This document shows, one piece after another, positions 29,035 through 38,217 of a stretch of DNA of 64,000 nt. Both the position numbers and the translations under genes were made by a program. The number at the start of each line of letters is the position of its first letter. Within the stretch, counting starts at the first letter, position 1. Source of the stretch: a virus (Duplodnaviria > Heunggongvirae > Uroviricota > Caudoviricetes). The stretch is taken from the IMG/VR virus record IMGVR_UViG_3300014886_000120; one strand, 5' to 3'. The notes beneath the pieces were generated by a model that was not told the DNA's origin, searched no databases, and saw only the letters and a list, made by a program, of their open reading frames with translations.

Positions 29035-29504
29035 AGAGCTTACCTCTCTTTAGTGTAATAGCTTAAACCAATTAGAGTAGTGTGGAAAGTTTCTTATAAC
29101 TTTTTCACAATTGGACTAAGCTCCATAGACCCAACATCGAACTCTGAGACCAAACATTCAAAGTCTTATAGGGTCTCCAGCTTATTAGAGTATGTCTGTT
29201 TGCACTGAGAGACAGGTCATAACAGTGCTTTACAACATACACATTGTCTTCCTTCTCTACTACAGCATATGTCTTTCCATGTCTAAATTCCTTAACTATC
29301 ATGTCTACTTCTCCATTATAATAATCCTTTCTCCACAGCATGGACAGTACCATATCTGGAAATAAGCTGTCAATATCTTGTCATCTGAAGTCTTAGTAAA
29401 CACACTCAGGTATACTCCATCTTCAGCTAGAATCATAGCATTCATCAGACTGTCCATCTTCTTACAACATGTTCTTGCATACAGGTCTTTACCTTTCTTT
29501 ATAA

Positions 29505-29957
29505 TTAACATTCCAGACATCCCTGGAAGTGTATCCGATAACAACAGACTATGAACAGAAGGACTAAAAGGATTATGCCAAGTATGGTAGAAGGTACAAA
29601 GTGATCCTTACCTATAGCAAAAGGGTTATCCTGGGATACTTCATCAAGCATGAGTGAGAAGCTGACACCATGAAACAAACAGTCATACGGCTCTGGTGCC
29701 AGCAAACCTATGATCATGAGAATCAATGCATGATGATAATGCTCTAATATCCTGAGAAAGCTAGCGTTCTTCCTTTCTTTGATAGCTCTTATCTTAAGCT
29801 TAGCTACTCCCCAGAAACATTCTCTCCATACTTCACATATAACGTAGCCTATTATCATACCAGCTACCAGACATACAATATTTAGCTCAAACATCCTGTA
29901 TCCCTTACCTAATATTTCTTCTTCACTTACCTCATAGACAGTGCTGAGGGTAGGCAA
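29505..29957 (-). CDS. membrane protein
   Basis: Four hydrophobic helices. Confidence 0.4.
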   Translation of the reverse strand: MPTLSTVYEVSEEEILGKGYRMFELNIVCLVAGMIIGYVICEVWRECFWGVAKLKIRAIKERKNASFLRILEHYHHALILMIIGLLAPEPYDCLFHGVSFSLMLDEVSQDNPFAIGKDHFVPSTILGIILLVLLFIVCCYRIHFQGCLEC

Positions 29958-29964
29958 GCAGCTA

Positions 29965-30456
29965 CTAATGCTCCCTAGCCCTTACATGTCCGGTTCTGGA
30001 CACTGTTACCAAATACCCTCTCTTACCCATTTCAACAGCTTTCTTCAAAGTCCATGACCCTCCAGAACGTTTACCCTTAGGGTTAATACACCAGATAACA
30101 TCACACTCAGAAGCTATCTGGAGGTTCCTTGATCTATATCCTCTCTTGACGTAGAAGTCCCCATCAATGTAGCAACCTTTCAGGGGTCTAAGGTGTCCAT
30201 CTGGGATAGGAGATAGAATATCCTTCCACTGGTGGGCTGGAGCTGGGAATATGATTTTATCGATGCCAAGCTTGTCAGCAGCTTCCTCAGCCCATATGTC
30301 TACTCCACCCTTGTGGCATCCTCCAGACACCAGTATCACTTCCCCATACATTACGGTGTAGGCTAGGAGGATGGAGCTGATGAAACGTTTAGCTTCCTCT
30401 ATTTGTTCAGAAGTCTCCCACTTGCTCATCTGAGCTCCTACTATTGCCACCTTCAT
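29965..30456 (-). CDS. DprA/SLOG-like Rossmann-fold protein
   Basis: VSGGCHKGGVD resembles the DprA/SLOG glycine-rich loop (SGGAxGID). Confidence 0.35.
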   Translation of the reverse strand: MKVAIVGAQMSKWETSEQIEEAKRFISSILLAYTVMYGEVILVSGGCHKGGVDIWAEEAADKLGIDKIIFPAPAHQWKDILSPIPDGHLRPLKGCYIDGDFYVKRGYRSRNLQIASECDVIWCINPKGKRSGGSWTLKKAVEMGKRGYLVTVSRTGHVRAREH

Positions 30457-30593
30457 CTCTACACCCCAGAGATTAAATTATGCCGAATAGTACCTAACCT
30501 GATTATCATAATAACCCGTAAGCAACGCATTGGAACTAACATATTGCCACATCCAGTTCTTTAGCTTCCATCTTCTTCATCTATATTTCTCAC

Positions 30594-30878
30594 CTATAGT
30601 AGTTCAGTTACTTTGAACTTTAGAACTTCCTCAAGCTTAGTCAAATGTTCATGGTCCTCTTTGCTTTCAATCAACACAAACATTACATATCCCATAACAG
30701 GAGCTATTAATAATGATACCTTTACCTTGTCTCCTTTCTTTATATCAATTGGTCTAAGATTGATACCTCTCTTAACTACATAGAATCCATCCTTCTTCTT
30801 TCCTATACCAACTACCCCTTCATTTGGATCTAACACTTCAGCTATAGCTTCATACCATGGCATTTTAGGCTCCCACAT
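30594..30878 (-). CDS. hypothetical protein
   Basis: 94 aa. Confidence 0.3.
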   Translation of the reverse strand: MWEPKMPWYEAIAEVLDPNEGVVGIGKKKDGFYVVKRGINLRPIDIKKGDKVKVSLLIAPVMGYVMFVLIESKEDHEHLTKLEEVLKFKVTELL

Positions 30879-30885
30879 TGGAAGT

Positions 30886-31476
30886 TCAAGTTCTCTCCCA
30901 TATGGTTACTACTCTTACCCTCCTATTTGTTCCAGTCAACAACAAGATATGGCCAGAAAGTTTCCATAGCTCTTTAGAGTAAATAGGAACAATCGTATCC
31001 AGCCATACTAGAAATCCTCCTGGTTCCGTAATATAGGCAACATCTCTTACCACTTTAGCTTTTGAGAACGGCTTAGTACCATATCTTTCAAAGTCTCGTT
31101 TCTCGTAAGGAGGATCAGCTATCACCAAATCAAATTGTCCCTTAGAAAAATACTTTAGTAAATCTCTCACATCCCCAACTACATCTGGATTAAGGTTTGG
31201 GTTGATATCAAAAGTAATTCCTTGTTTGTCCCTGACAGTTCCAGAAAATAGGTGAAGTATTCTATGCTTGTCTGGAAATAGGGCATAAACTCTTTCTAGA
31301 TATGAAGGAGGATATTCTCCATAATATCCCTCTTTTCTTTGATAGTTGTGTCCTATTTGCCATATGCCATAAATCCTCCAGGATACCCCTAGCTCATGAG
31401 TGTAGTCCTTGAAGATTCGTTTGTAGTTTCTTACTCTGTCCTGTAAAGTCATTCTTCCAAATCTAGTCTGACACAT
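30886..31476 (-). CDS. small SAM-dependent methyltransferase (DPPY)
   Basis: DLVIADPPYEKRD motif IV with an upstream glycine-rich SAM loop. Confidence 0.55.
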   Translation of the reverse strand: MCQTRFGRMTLQDRVRNYKRIFKDYTHELGVSWRIYGIWQIGHNYQRKEGYYGEYPPSYLERVYALFPDKHRILHLFSGTVRDKQGITFDINPNLNPDVVGDVRDLLKYFSKGQFDLVIADPPYEKRDFERYGTKPFSKAKVVRDVAYITEPGGFLVWLDTIVPIYSKELWKLSGHILLLTGTNRRVRVVTIWERT

Positions 31477-31513
31477 TGACTATCACCTTTATTTGGATAG
31501 GAGAGAAAGGAGC

Positions 31514-32473
31514 TTATCCTTCCTCTCCATCTCCTTCTTCTCCAGGTAGAGCATAGATTATAGGTGTTCCATGACCGTCTGTAGACAATATTAGCACCTT
31601 AATGTTTGGTGATATCTCCTTCAGAGCTTCAAGGTACAGATACAGCTTGGTAATCTCTTCAGTACTGTTCAAGCCAGCTGCTTTAGCTATCATCTCAATA
31701 GACTCTCTGGTGGCATTGGCAACTATCAACCTAACCTGGGCTTCAGCTTGGGCTATCCTTATCTTCTGTTGAGCTTCTGCATCAGCCAATATAACTATAC
31801 GTTCCCGTTCATACTCAGCTTGTATCTTCTTCTGTTCAGCTACCATCTTGTCCTCAATAGCTTGCATGTACTTGTCTGGTAGAGCAATGTTCCTTAGGTC
31901 AAACTCTAGATGGATTAGAGCTCCCTGGAGTGACACAGTATTCCTAAGGGCATCAAACACAGCTTCCTGGATAGCCAATGCCACAAGCTCTCTCTGGGTT
32001 ATCATCTGGATGGCTGTAAAGTTCTTGGTAACAAACCGTATGGTCTCTCTCACTGTAGAAGCTATAGCTCTGTCCTCCCAGTCAAGGTTTGGATATGACA
32101 AGTATAGAGACCTGAGCTTACTTGGATCCAAGCTCCATCTAACCATAACATCGATAGTAGCTTCAAGCTGGTCTGAAGTAAAGCATTTGATAGCTGGATA
32201 TTCTGCATAGGGGTCACTTCCATCACCCCACATGCCTATGCTTTCAGTAGCATAATAAATGAAGACCACGTACTGCCATGGCATCTTGACAAACCAACAT
32301 GGACCAAGCACAGGTTCCGATACTCCTCCAGTCATTGGGTCTATTACCAATGCTCCATATCCGGTATCTACTGATACAAACATGGTAGCAAAGAACACTC
32401 CAAGAGCTATCCCCCCTATTATCAGGGATACCAACAGAAGTGCTTTCATAGCTTTCAAGTACAGTTTCCTCAT
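31514..32473 (-). CDS. SPFH/band-7 (prohibitin/HflC-like) membrane protein
   Basis: N-terminal TM helix, SPFH core, and a coiled-coil EQKKIQAEYERERIVILADAEAQQKIRIAQAEAQ. Confidence 0.65.
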   Translation of the reverse strand: MRKLYLKAMKALLLVSLIIGGIALGVFFATMFVSVDTGYGALVIDPMTGGVSEPVLGPCWFVKMPWQYVVFIYYATESIGMWGDGSDPYAEYPAIKCFTSDQLEATIDVMVRWSLDPSKLRSLYLSYPNLDWEDRAIASTVRETIRFVTKNFTAIQMITQRELVALAIQEAVFDALRNTVSLQGALIHLEFDLRNIALPDKYMQAIEDKMVAEQKKIQAEYERERIVILADAEAQQKIRIAQAEAQVRLIVANATRESIEMIAKAAGLNSTEEITKLYLYLEALKEISPNIKVLILSTDGHGTPIIYALPGEEGDGEEG

Positions 32474-32754
32474 TGTTCCACCTCCTTAAAGTTAACATGA
32501 TTCCTCTTTATTGGAGATAGAGGAACAGGACAGCTATCACATCCTTCCTCTCTATGATCACAGTCTTCTATACACCATGCCCATCCTTTAGGGCATAGCT
32601 TACATTCTTCTAGCTTAGGTTGAGGAGCTTCCATTCTTATTTTCCGTCTATAAAATAGAATCTCTATCACAGCTGTTAGTCCCACAACCAGAAGGGCTAA
32701 TAGAGAGACTATAAGGGTTAACTCCATATTCCCACTTCCCTTTAAATTTAACAC
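32470..32754 (-). CDS. small membrane protein with C-terminal Cys-rich domain
   Basis: TM helix plus CKLCPKGWAWCIEDCDH...CDSC; ATGA-coupled to the SPFH gene. Confidence 0.4.
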   Translation of the reverse strand: MLNLKGSGNMELTLIVSLLALLVVGLTAVIEILFYRRKIRMEAPQPKLEECKLCPKGWAWCIEDCDHREEGCDSCPVPLSPIKRNHVNFKEVEQ

Positions 32755-32815
32755 CTCTCAGCTAGCTCAGCTCACATCACGTCTCAGGTGCTGGCCTATT
32801 CATCATCAGGTGTCT

Positions 32816-33619
32816 CTATTCCTTCTTAAACACCAAGATATACTCATGAGCCTTACTGGTATATTTCATCCTGTCACACTTGGATATCTGGGTCCATACA
32901 AAGGGGCTTCTTAATACTGAAATAACTATGTCCCATGGAGTGAAGCTGTTCTTTGCAGCAAGCTCTATCGTGTCCTTATGGAGAATCCTAAAGCCTTCCT
33001 TCCTAAAGTCAGCTACTACAAATATACAGAACTTACCAGGCTTAAGGACTCTGTAACAGTTGGATAATGCTTCATCTATCCTAACCAGATATTCGTCATA
33101 AGTCTTACAGTCTGAGAGCTGACCTTCTACACTTTCATATTTTTCAAGGTTCCAGTACGGAGGACAAGTAAATACTAAATCAACAGAGCTATTAGCTGAA
33201 TGTTCAAGCTTACATCCATCTGCATTGTACAATATGTAGTCTCCCGTAGATGAAGTTAATAGAGTACTTCTACTCTTGACCTTATCTAGGAAGGAACTAG
33301 CAATACTGAACATTCTTGGTGAGATGTCATATCCAATATAGGTTCTCTCAAGCTCTATAGCTACAGCTCCTCTAATACCCCATCCCATGAATGGATCAAG
33401 GATAATATCTCTTTTCTTACTCCAGTATTTAATCACAAAGGATGATAGTCCATAAGAGAACTTTGAATACTTTAGCCCTGGAAGGTATTTACTACTTGAG
33501 CTTCTCTTACACATGTCTATGGTCAAATAGCTATCTATCTCTCTCCATCTTTTAGGTACATTCTCAAAAGTCATTACAGACTTAGGTAGGAAGCCGTACT
33601 TCTCTTTTACAGTTGGCAA
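32816..33619 (-). CDS. SAM-dependent DNA methyltransferase (CPPY)
   Basis: Motif I DPFMGWGIRG and motif IV FTCPPYWN; 267 aa. Confidence 0.6.
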   Translation of the reverse strand: MPTVKEKYGFLPKSVMTFENVPKRWREIDSYLTIDMCKRSSSSKYLPGLKYSKFSYGLSSFVIKYWSKKRDIILDPFMGWGIRGAVAIELERTYIGYDISPRMFSIASSFLDKVKSRSTLLTSSTGDYILYNADGCKLEHSANSSVDLVFTCPPYWNLEKYESVEGQLSDCKTYDEYLVRIDEALSNCYRVLKPGKFCIFVVADFRKEGFRILHKDTIELAAKNSFTPWDIVISVLRSPFVWTQISKCDRMKYTSKAHEYILVFKKE

Positions 33620-33812
33620 AGGTGTTACCTCTATAACAGTCCATCCAGTGCTTCCATTATCTCTTCCATGAGGTACTTGTCTGATTCTTCCTCTACCTCT
33701 ATAACAATCTTCTTAACCTTCCTGAAATCTTTAGAAGAAAGTAAGTCCCATAGGCAAACACCTTCTGGAAAATCTCTGGGATAGCTAACTTCTAGACTGT
33801 CAATCTTAATCT

Positions 33813-34004
33813 TCAAAATCCAGGCTCCTCCACAACTGGTATAAGCTTCACTCTAGCTCCACACCTTCCACATATATAACGATTAGACTCCAACAACTTA
33901 GCCCATTCATCTTCACTCAGTATGGTTGCCTCATACATCAAGGAACCCTCCATTTCTGGGATTAAGGTAGCTCCACACCTAGGACACTTCAATTGCACCA
34001 CCAT
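33813..34004 (-). CDS. small zinc-ribbon protein
   Basis: CPRCGA...CGRCGA. Confidence 0.4.
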   Translation of the reverse strand: MVVQLKCPRCGATLIPEMEGSLMYEATILSEDEWAKLLESNRYICGRCGARVKLIPVVEEPGF

Positions 34005-34333
34005 TAAAGCTCTTCCGTAATAGCTACTTTAGAGAAGAACAATATGGATGCATCTATCCATGACATTATATCTTCCATATGCTTGTATGATATTTCAGTG
34101 TTCCACCTGAACCTGGTAAGATGGTTGCATATCCTTGCCTTAGCTCTGAACTCAAGCTTAAAGGTTGAAAGCCCTGCTGAACCTACAGAGATTTTAAGCA
34201 GCAGCTCAGTGTTAGCTTTCTTGTCTTCGTTTACTTTCAAGGTAGCCTCTCCAGTATGTAGCTCAATAATCCTGAAGTCTTTGTCCCTAACCAGATGATT
34301 AGCCAGTGCAATCAGCTTCTTAGAAAAGGACAA
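34004..34333 (-). CDS. hypothetical protein
   Basis: 109 aa. Confidence 0.3.
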   Translation of the reverse strand: MSFSKKLIALANHLVRDKDFRIIELHTGEATLKVNEDKKANTELLLKISVGSAGLSTFKLEFRAKARICNHLTRFRWNTEISYKHMEDIMSWIDASILFFSKVAITEEL

Positions 34334-34336
34334 GCT

Positions 34337-34648
34337 TTACTCCCTCTTAACAAGGAAGTCAAAAGCTCCAGCCAGTACTCCCAGAAAGGAGGGAGGAGGT
34401 ATCTTCATGTTTAGTACCTCCTCCCTATGCTTCAGAAGGAACTGCTCTATGTTCTCTCTTGTCAAGCCTTCCGGTAGCTCTTCATATTTGTAGCACTGGA
34501 AATCAAGGATCTCAAGAAGGGCAAACACTAGCTTCTCATCCTGTCCCTGAGGTACAAGCTGTCCAGAATGGAGCCCAGCATGTTTTAGTACCTCAAGTAG
34601 AACTGTCTCTCCAAACTGTTTCCTAAAGTCTTCTACTATCCGTCCCAT
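34337..34648 (-). CDS. hypothetical protein
   Basis: 103 aa. Confidence 0.3.
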   Translation of the reverse strand: MGRIVEDFRKQFGETVLLEVLKHAGLHSGQLVPQGQDEKLVFALLEILDFQCYKYEELPEGLTRENIEQFLLKHREEVLNMKIPPPSFLGVLAGAFDFLVKRE

Positions 34649-34704
34649 ATACTTTCCCCTTCTGCTGCATAAATCTTGTTCACCAAAGATAACCTGAAAG
34701 ACAC

Positions 34705-35478
34705 TCAGGCAGCTCTTAGCTCAACCTTCTTGTTGCTTATTAGCTTAGCTCCACACTGTGGACACATGACAATGTACTCTCTTGGAGAAGATCTGGCTTT
34801 CTTCCTTGGCTTGACTATACCTTGCAGCTTCATGTCCTGTTTCTTGATAGCTCTCAGTACTTTCTCTTCTGGAGCTCCATCAAGAACGTTCTGAAGAGCC
34901 TGGTAAGCTCGGTATACCGTAAGAGTTCCCCGATCAAGCTCAGCTACTATGTTTGGAATCTTGTCTTCATTCTCATATATTGTCTTCAGCTGGTATAGCT
35001 TGCCAGACGATATTCCCAGCTCATGGGCAACCTTGTCTCTAAGCTTTGGGAATTCGGTCAAAGTTTGTCCTAATTTCCCTTTCTTGGGTTTCCCCACCTT
35101 GTAAAAGGGCTGGAACTTCTTCTCTAAGACCTTTGCTTCCATGAACAGTTCTCTGGGTGTCTTCTGTCTGTATTTGTTAAGCATTACTATGGCAAGCTCT
35201 TCGTCTTCGTAGTATCTGATGATTACTGGTACCTTCCTTATCCCAAACCTCAATGCCCTGTTGTAACGTCTCCTACCATCCAATATCTGGAGCTCTTTGT
35301 TTACAACAAGGGGAGTACGGATGCCATTGTCAGCTATGTCCTTATCTAGCATTTCATCGATATGATCTGTATAGATTTTCTTGTTGAACGGATGTACTTC
35401 CAGCCTGTCCGTATCCACCAGATATATAGTGTCCATAGGCTTGAGCTCTCTTAGGCCAATACCTTTACCTAGACTCAA
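34705..35478 (-). CDS. ParB N-terminal-domain (ParB/Srx-like) protein with C-terminal zinc ribbon
   Basis: ILDGRRRYNRALRFGIRKVPV matches the ParB arginine box; C-terminal CPQCG. Confidence 0.5.
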   Translation of the reverse strand: MSLGKGIGLRELKPMDTIYLVDTDRLEVHPFNKKIYTDHIDEMLDKDIADNGIRTPLVVNKELQILDGRRRYNRALRFGIRKVPVIIRYYEDEELAIVMLNKYRQKTPRELFMEAKVLEKKFQPFYKVGKPKKGKLGQTLTEFPKLRDKVAHELGISSGKLYQLKTIYENEDKIPNIVAELDRGTLTVYRAYQALQNVLDGAPEEKVLRAIKKQDMKLQGIVKPRKKARSSPREYIVMCPQCGAKLISNKKVELRAA

Positions 35479-35831
35479 CTATTTCTCACCTCATCCCCTA
35501 AAACATTCAAGGCTATGGATTCGACATGTTTTCTATATTTAAGCATTTCGTTACACTGTAAGGACTAAAGCTTGTATAGCTTGAACACTCTCTCTTTAGG
35601 GTGAATAATTAGGACCAGGCAAATATCCAGCAATCCTATGTGAGTGTGTGCTGTGACAGATATCATTCCATTTCCCGTCTGAAGCATGAGGAACAGTTCT
35701 CCTTTCTCCAGAAATATGTCCATATAGCACACCTATTCTATGTTTCTAGGATGTCTCGTCACCAGATATTGCCTACTGAACAAGCCATACACATACCACA
35801 TGCTTGTACCTTGGACTTTTATATGGCTCGT

Positions 35832-36140
35832 TTATATCCACTCATAGACTGCATTTATCAGAACGTATAGGATAACAATCAAATCCTCTGCTCTTGGGTT
35901 TCCATAAACCTTGATGTATGAATCTAAGGCATAATCTAAGTTATCCTTTAGCAAGGCTATGAAGGAGCTAAGGCATCCTTCACTAAACTTACCTCCCTCA
36001 TTGAAGGTAAGCTTTCTAGCTATTAAAGGACCATTTGGGCCTCTCTGGTACACCCATGACAAATATTTCTGTTCAAGAGCTATCTGGTAGACAATGTCTA
36101 GCATTCCTAAAAGTCTTCTCTTAGCTTCACTTCTCTTCAT
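35832..36140 (-). CDS. hypothetical protein
   Basis: 102 aa. Confidence 0.3.
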   Translation of the reverse strand: MKRSEAKRRLLGMLDIVYQIALEQKYLSWVYQRGPNGPLIARKLTFNEGGKFSEGCLSSFIALLKDNLDYALDSYIKVYGNPRAEDLIVILYVLINAVYEWI

Positions 36141-36157
36141 TTACACTCCACCTCTCT

Positions 36158-36484
36158 CTAGCCTATTTTCTTGAGCTGAACATGAGCATGTTCATATTGC
36201 CTGTTAACCCAATCGAATACTTTTCTAGCTTCTCTTCCCCATAAGGCATTGCTAATCCCGGTAAGTAACTCTACTACTTCCTCCTTTCTTTTAAGTAGCC
36301 ATTCTTGTTTTACATGCTTATGGGGAAATAATATGATAGTATCAGGTTTACCAACATCATCAGCTACCACATATATGGAGCCGTCATAATACCATCTAGA
36401 CTTTTTAGGGTTGACACAGAATGGACAAGTATCTCCAGTCAAGCTATATCGACACCTTGAAGCTCCTTTTATTGCTGCTTTCAA
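36158..36484 (-). CDS. HIT-superfamily protein (GalT/Apa-branch HxHxQ)
   Basis: N-terminal CPFC, central LFPHKH, C-terminal EHAHVQ resembling the HxHxQ variant of the histidine triad. Confidence 0.4.
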   Translation of the reverse strand: MKAAIKGASRCRYSLTGDTCPFCVNPKKSRWYYDGSIYVVADDVGKPDTIILFPHKHVKQEWLLKRKEEVVELLTGISNALWGREARKVFDWVNRQYEHAHVQLKKIG

Positions 36485-36746
36485 AGAAAACCAGGGTAGC
36501 TAACAGCTTCCATGCTTGATAGAAGGGGCATATGGACTTGTCACATTTTGTTGGATATGCAAGACCACAAGCTACAGTTCCTTCAATAACTTGGAAGGTA
36601 CATTCCTTCTTTTTCACCATTATCTCTCACCTCCCATTCTTAACCTAGTTCCTGACGGTATCTCTCACTTAACGGCATACCGTTCTGTCCATTCCATTTC
36701 CATACATAGAGTACAAATGAAACAATCAATATCAAGACTGGCAAAT

Positions 36747-36763
36747 GTATATCCCTCGGATAT
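36747..36763. promoter_or_regulatory. motif 1 variant
   Basis: TATATCCCTCGGATATA, immediately downstream of the P-loop gene stop. Confidence 0.4.
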
Positions 36764-36766
36764 AGT

Positions 36767-37507
36767 TCATATAACGTACTTTGAGAGTATCATGGTAGCA
36801 GTGAATCTTGAAACATGCTTTACTCTCCTGAGATAGTTCTCCTTGGCCATAGGGAAATATATCAGTCCTACCCTCCCAGTCCTTGTTCTAAATATAGAGT
36901 AGTTCTTGAGGACTGGGTACAAGTCCCTATACTCTTGAATAAGGTGCAAATCAGACAGTCCAGCTTCTCCAATAAACCTCTTAATCAGAGAGTGATCAAA
37001 GGGATTCAAGCTATCATCCCTTATTATCACAACATCAGCTGTGCTCCTAATCTCTTTAGATGAAGAGTGAAACCTGTGCTGTGCAAATATTGTAACTATC
37101 AGGCCATAGTTCCTGTTAATCATCTTGCTCCATAAGTGTCTAATGTTAAAGTAAGCCTTTAAGGCCAAGGTAGGAGTTTCATCTATAGTAAAATCATCTA
37201 CAAAGACAAGCTGAACGAGCTTCCTATTAAGGCCAGTAGACAGAATAGACATGAGATCCCCCTTGATCATTACTGGATTAACATTGCGTCTGCCATAGAT
37301 ACGTACAGCTTCTTCAGCTATCGACCTTACAAGCTCTGTCTTGCCAGAGCCCTGAGCTGAAAACAAGATTACTCTCTTGTGCTTGATGGCATTTGTCCTA
37401 TACTTCGTCTCTGGAACCATCTTTATAGCTTCAACACTTGGAAACAAATACCTTATGAAATATTCATTGTCACATGGTAGATAAAACATATCCTTAAGGT
37501 TGGTCAA
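36767..37507 (-). CDS. P-loop NTPase
   Basis: Walker A FSAQGSGKTEL and Walker B LVFVDDF; 246 aa. Confidence 0.5.
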   Translation of the reverse strand: MTNLKDMFYLPCDNEYFIRYLFPSVEAIKMVPETKYRTNAIKHKRVILFSAQGSGKTELVRSIAEEAVRIYGRRNVNPVMIKGDLMSILSTGLNRKLVQLVFVDDFTIDETPTLALKAYFNIRHLWSKMINRNYGLIVTIFAQHRFHSSSKEIRSTADVVIIRDDSLNPFDHSLIKRFIGEAGLSDLHLIQEYRDLYPVLKNYSIFRTRTGRVGLIYFPMAKENYLRRVKHVSRFTATMILSKYVI

Positions 37508-37593
37508 CTATAGCCACCTTTTTGTACATTTCCAAGCATCTTAGCATCCCTCTTGGATAATACTAAGACTCTAAGGAAAAATTATACGTTTGG

Positions 37594-38181
37594 TTACCCG
37601 AGTAGCTCCATACTCAAGTAGACACAGTAAATGTTCTTGTGCATTCTTTCAATGACATACGGAGTCTCTAGTGTACAACATAGCCTGACAGCTCCTTCTT
37701 TTTCTTTTGCACTATAACAGAATGAACCAGCAACTATATCATGGATTGTACACCCGTAGATCTCGTCAGCTAGAACCACCTTCCTTACTTTTGTCCACAG
37801 TTCATTCCATGAAGTCACTATAGGGTTCATAGCTAGAAACCTCTCCAGAGCTACAAAGACATGGCTACAAACCAAGCCATCTTTAAGGATACCCTCAGTG
37901 TGGAAGCCACATACACCACATTTAGCCATGGTAAAGACATATTTCCCAGGTTGTCCTGACACATCAGATATGCTCTCAGCTCCCTTAGGAAGAGGTATCT
38001 CAACATATTCTATATCTTCTCTTCTAGGGGTAACAGACATGCTTCTCGGTAGAGCTATGTCACACATCTCTTCTATCCCTATACAGCCACAAATAACATC
38101 TTTATCTCCAAAGTAGGAGCACAATATCCAGGGGCTATGTGGTGCTTTTACTTGGTACCTACATCTTAGCTCTTCACTCAT
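37594..38181 (-). CDS. Cys-rich hypothetical protein
   Basis: 195 aa, many Cys. Confidence 0.35.
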   Translation of the reverse strand: MSEELRCRYQVKAPHSPWILCSYFGDKDVICGCIGIEEMCDIALPRSMSVTPRREDIEYVEIPLPKGAESISDVSGQPGKYVFTMAKCGVCGFHTEGILKDGLVCSHVFVALERFLAMNPIVTSWNELWTKVRKVVLADEIYGCTIHDIVAGSFCYSAKEKEGAVRLCCTLETPYVIERMHKNIYCVYLSMELLG

Positions 38182-38217
38182 ATTATGAACCCCTATATCT
38201 GATGGATATAAATAAGC

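Noticed and set aside
32244-32498. Minus-strand ORF 32244-32498 overlapping the SPFH gene start.
   Set aside because: It overlaps 31514-32473 in another frame with a low-complexity translation. The ATGA-coupled ORF 32470-32754 fits the local operon structure better.
859-34333. C-terminal EEL/GEL/EVL endings of small proteins as a sorting or targeting signal.
   Set aside because: The endings are fully explained by embedded Shine-Dalgarno plus overlapping start codons of the downstream genes. The mix of GGAGGT and GGTGAG variants argues for a nucleotide-level cause, not a protein-level one.
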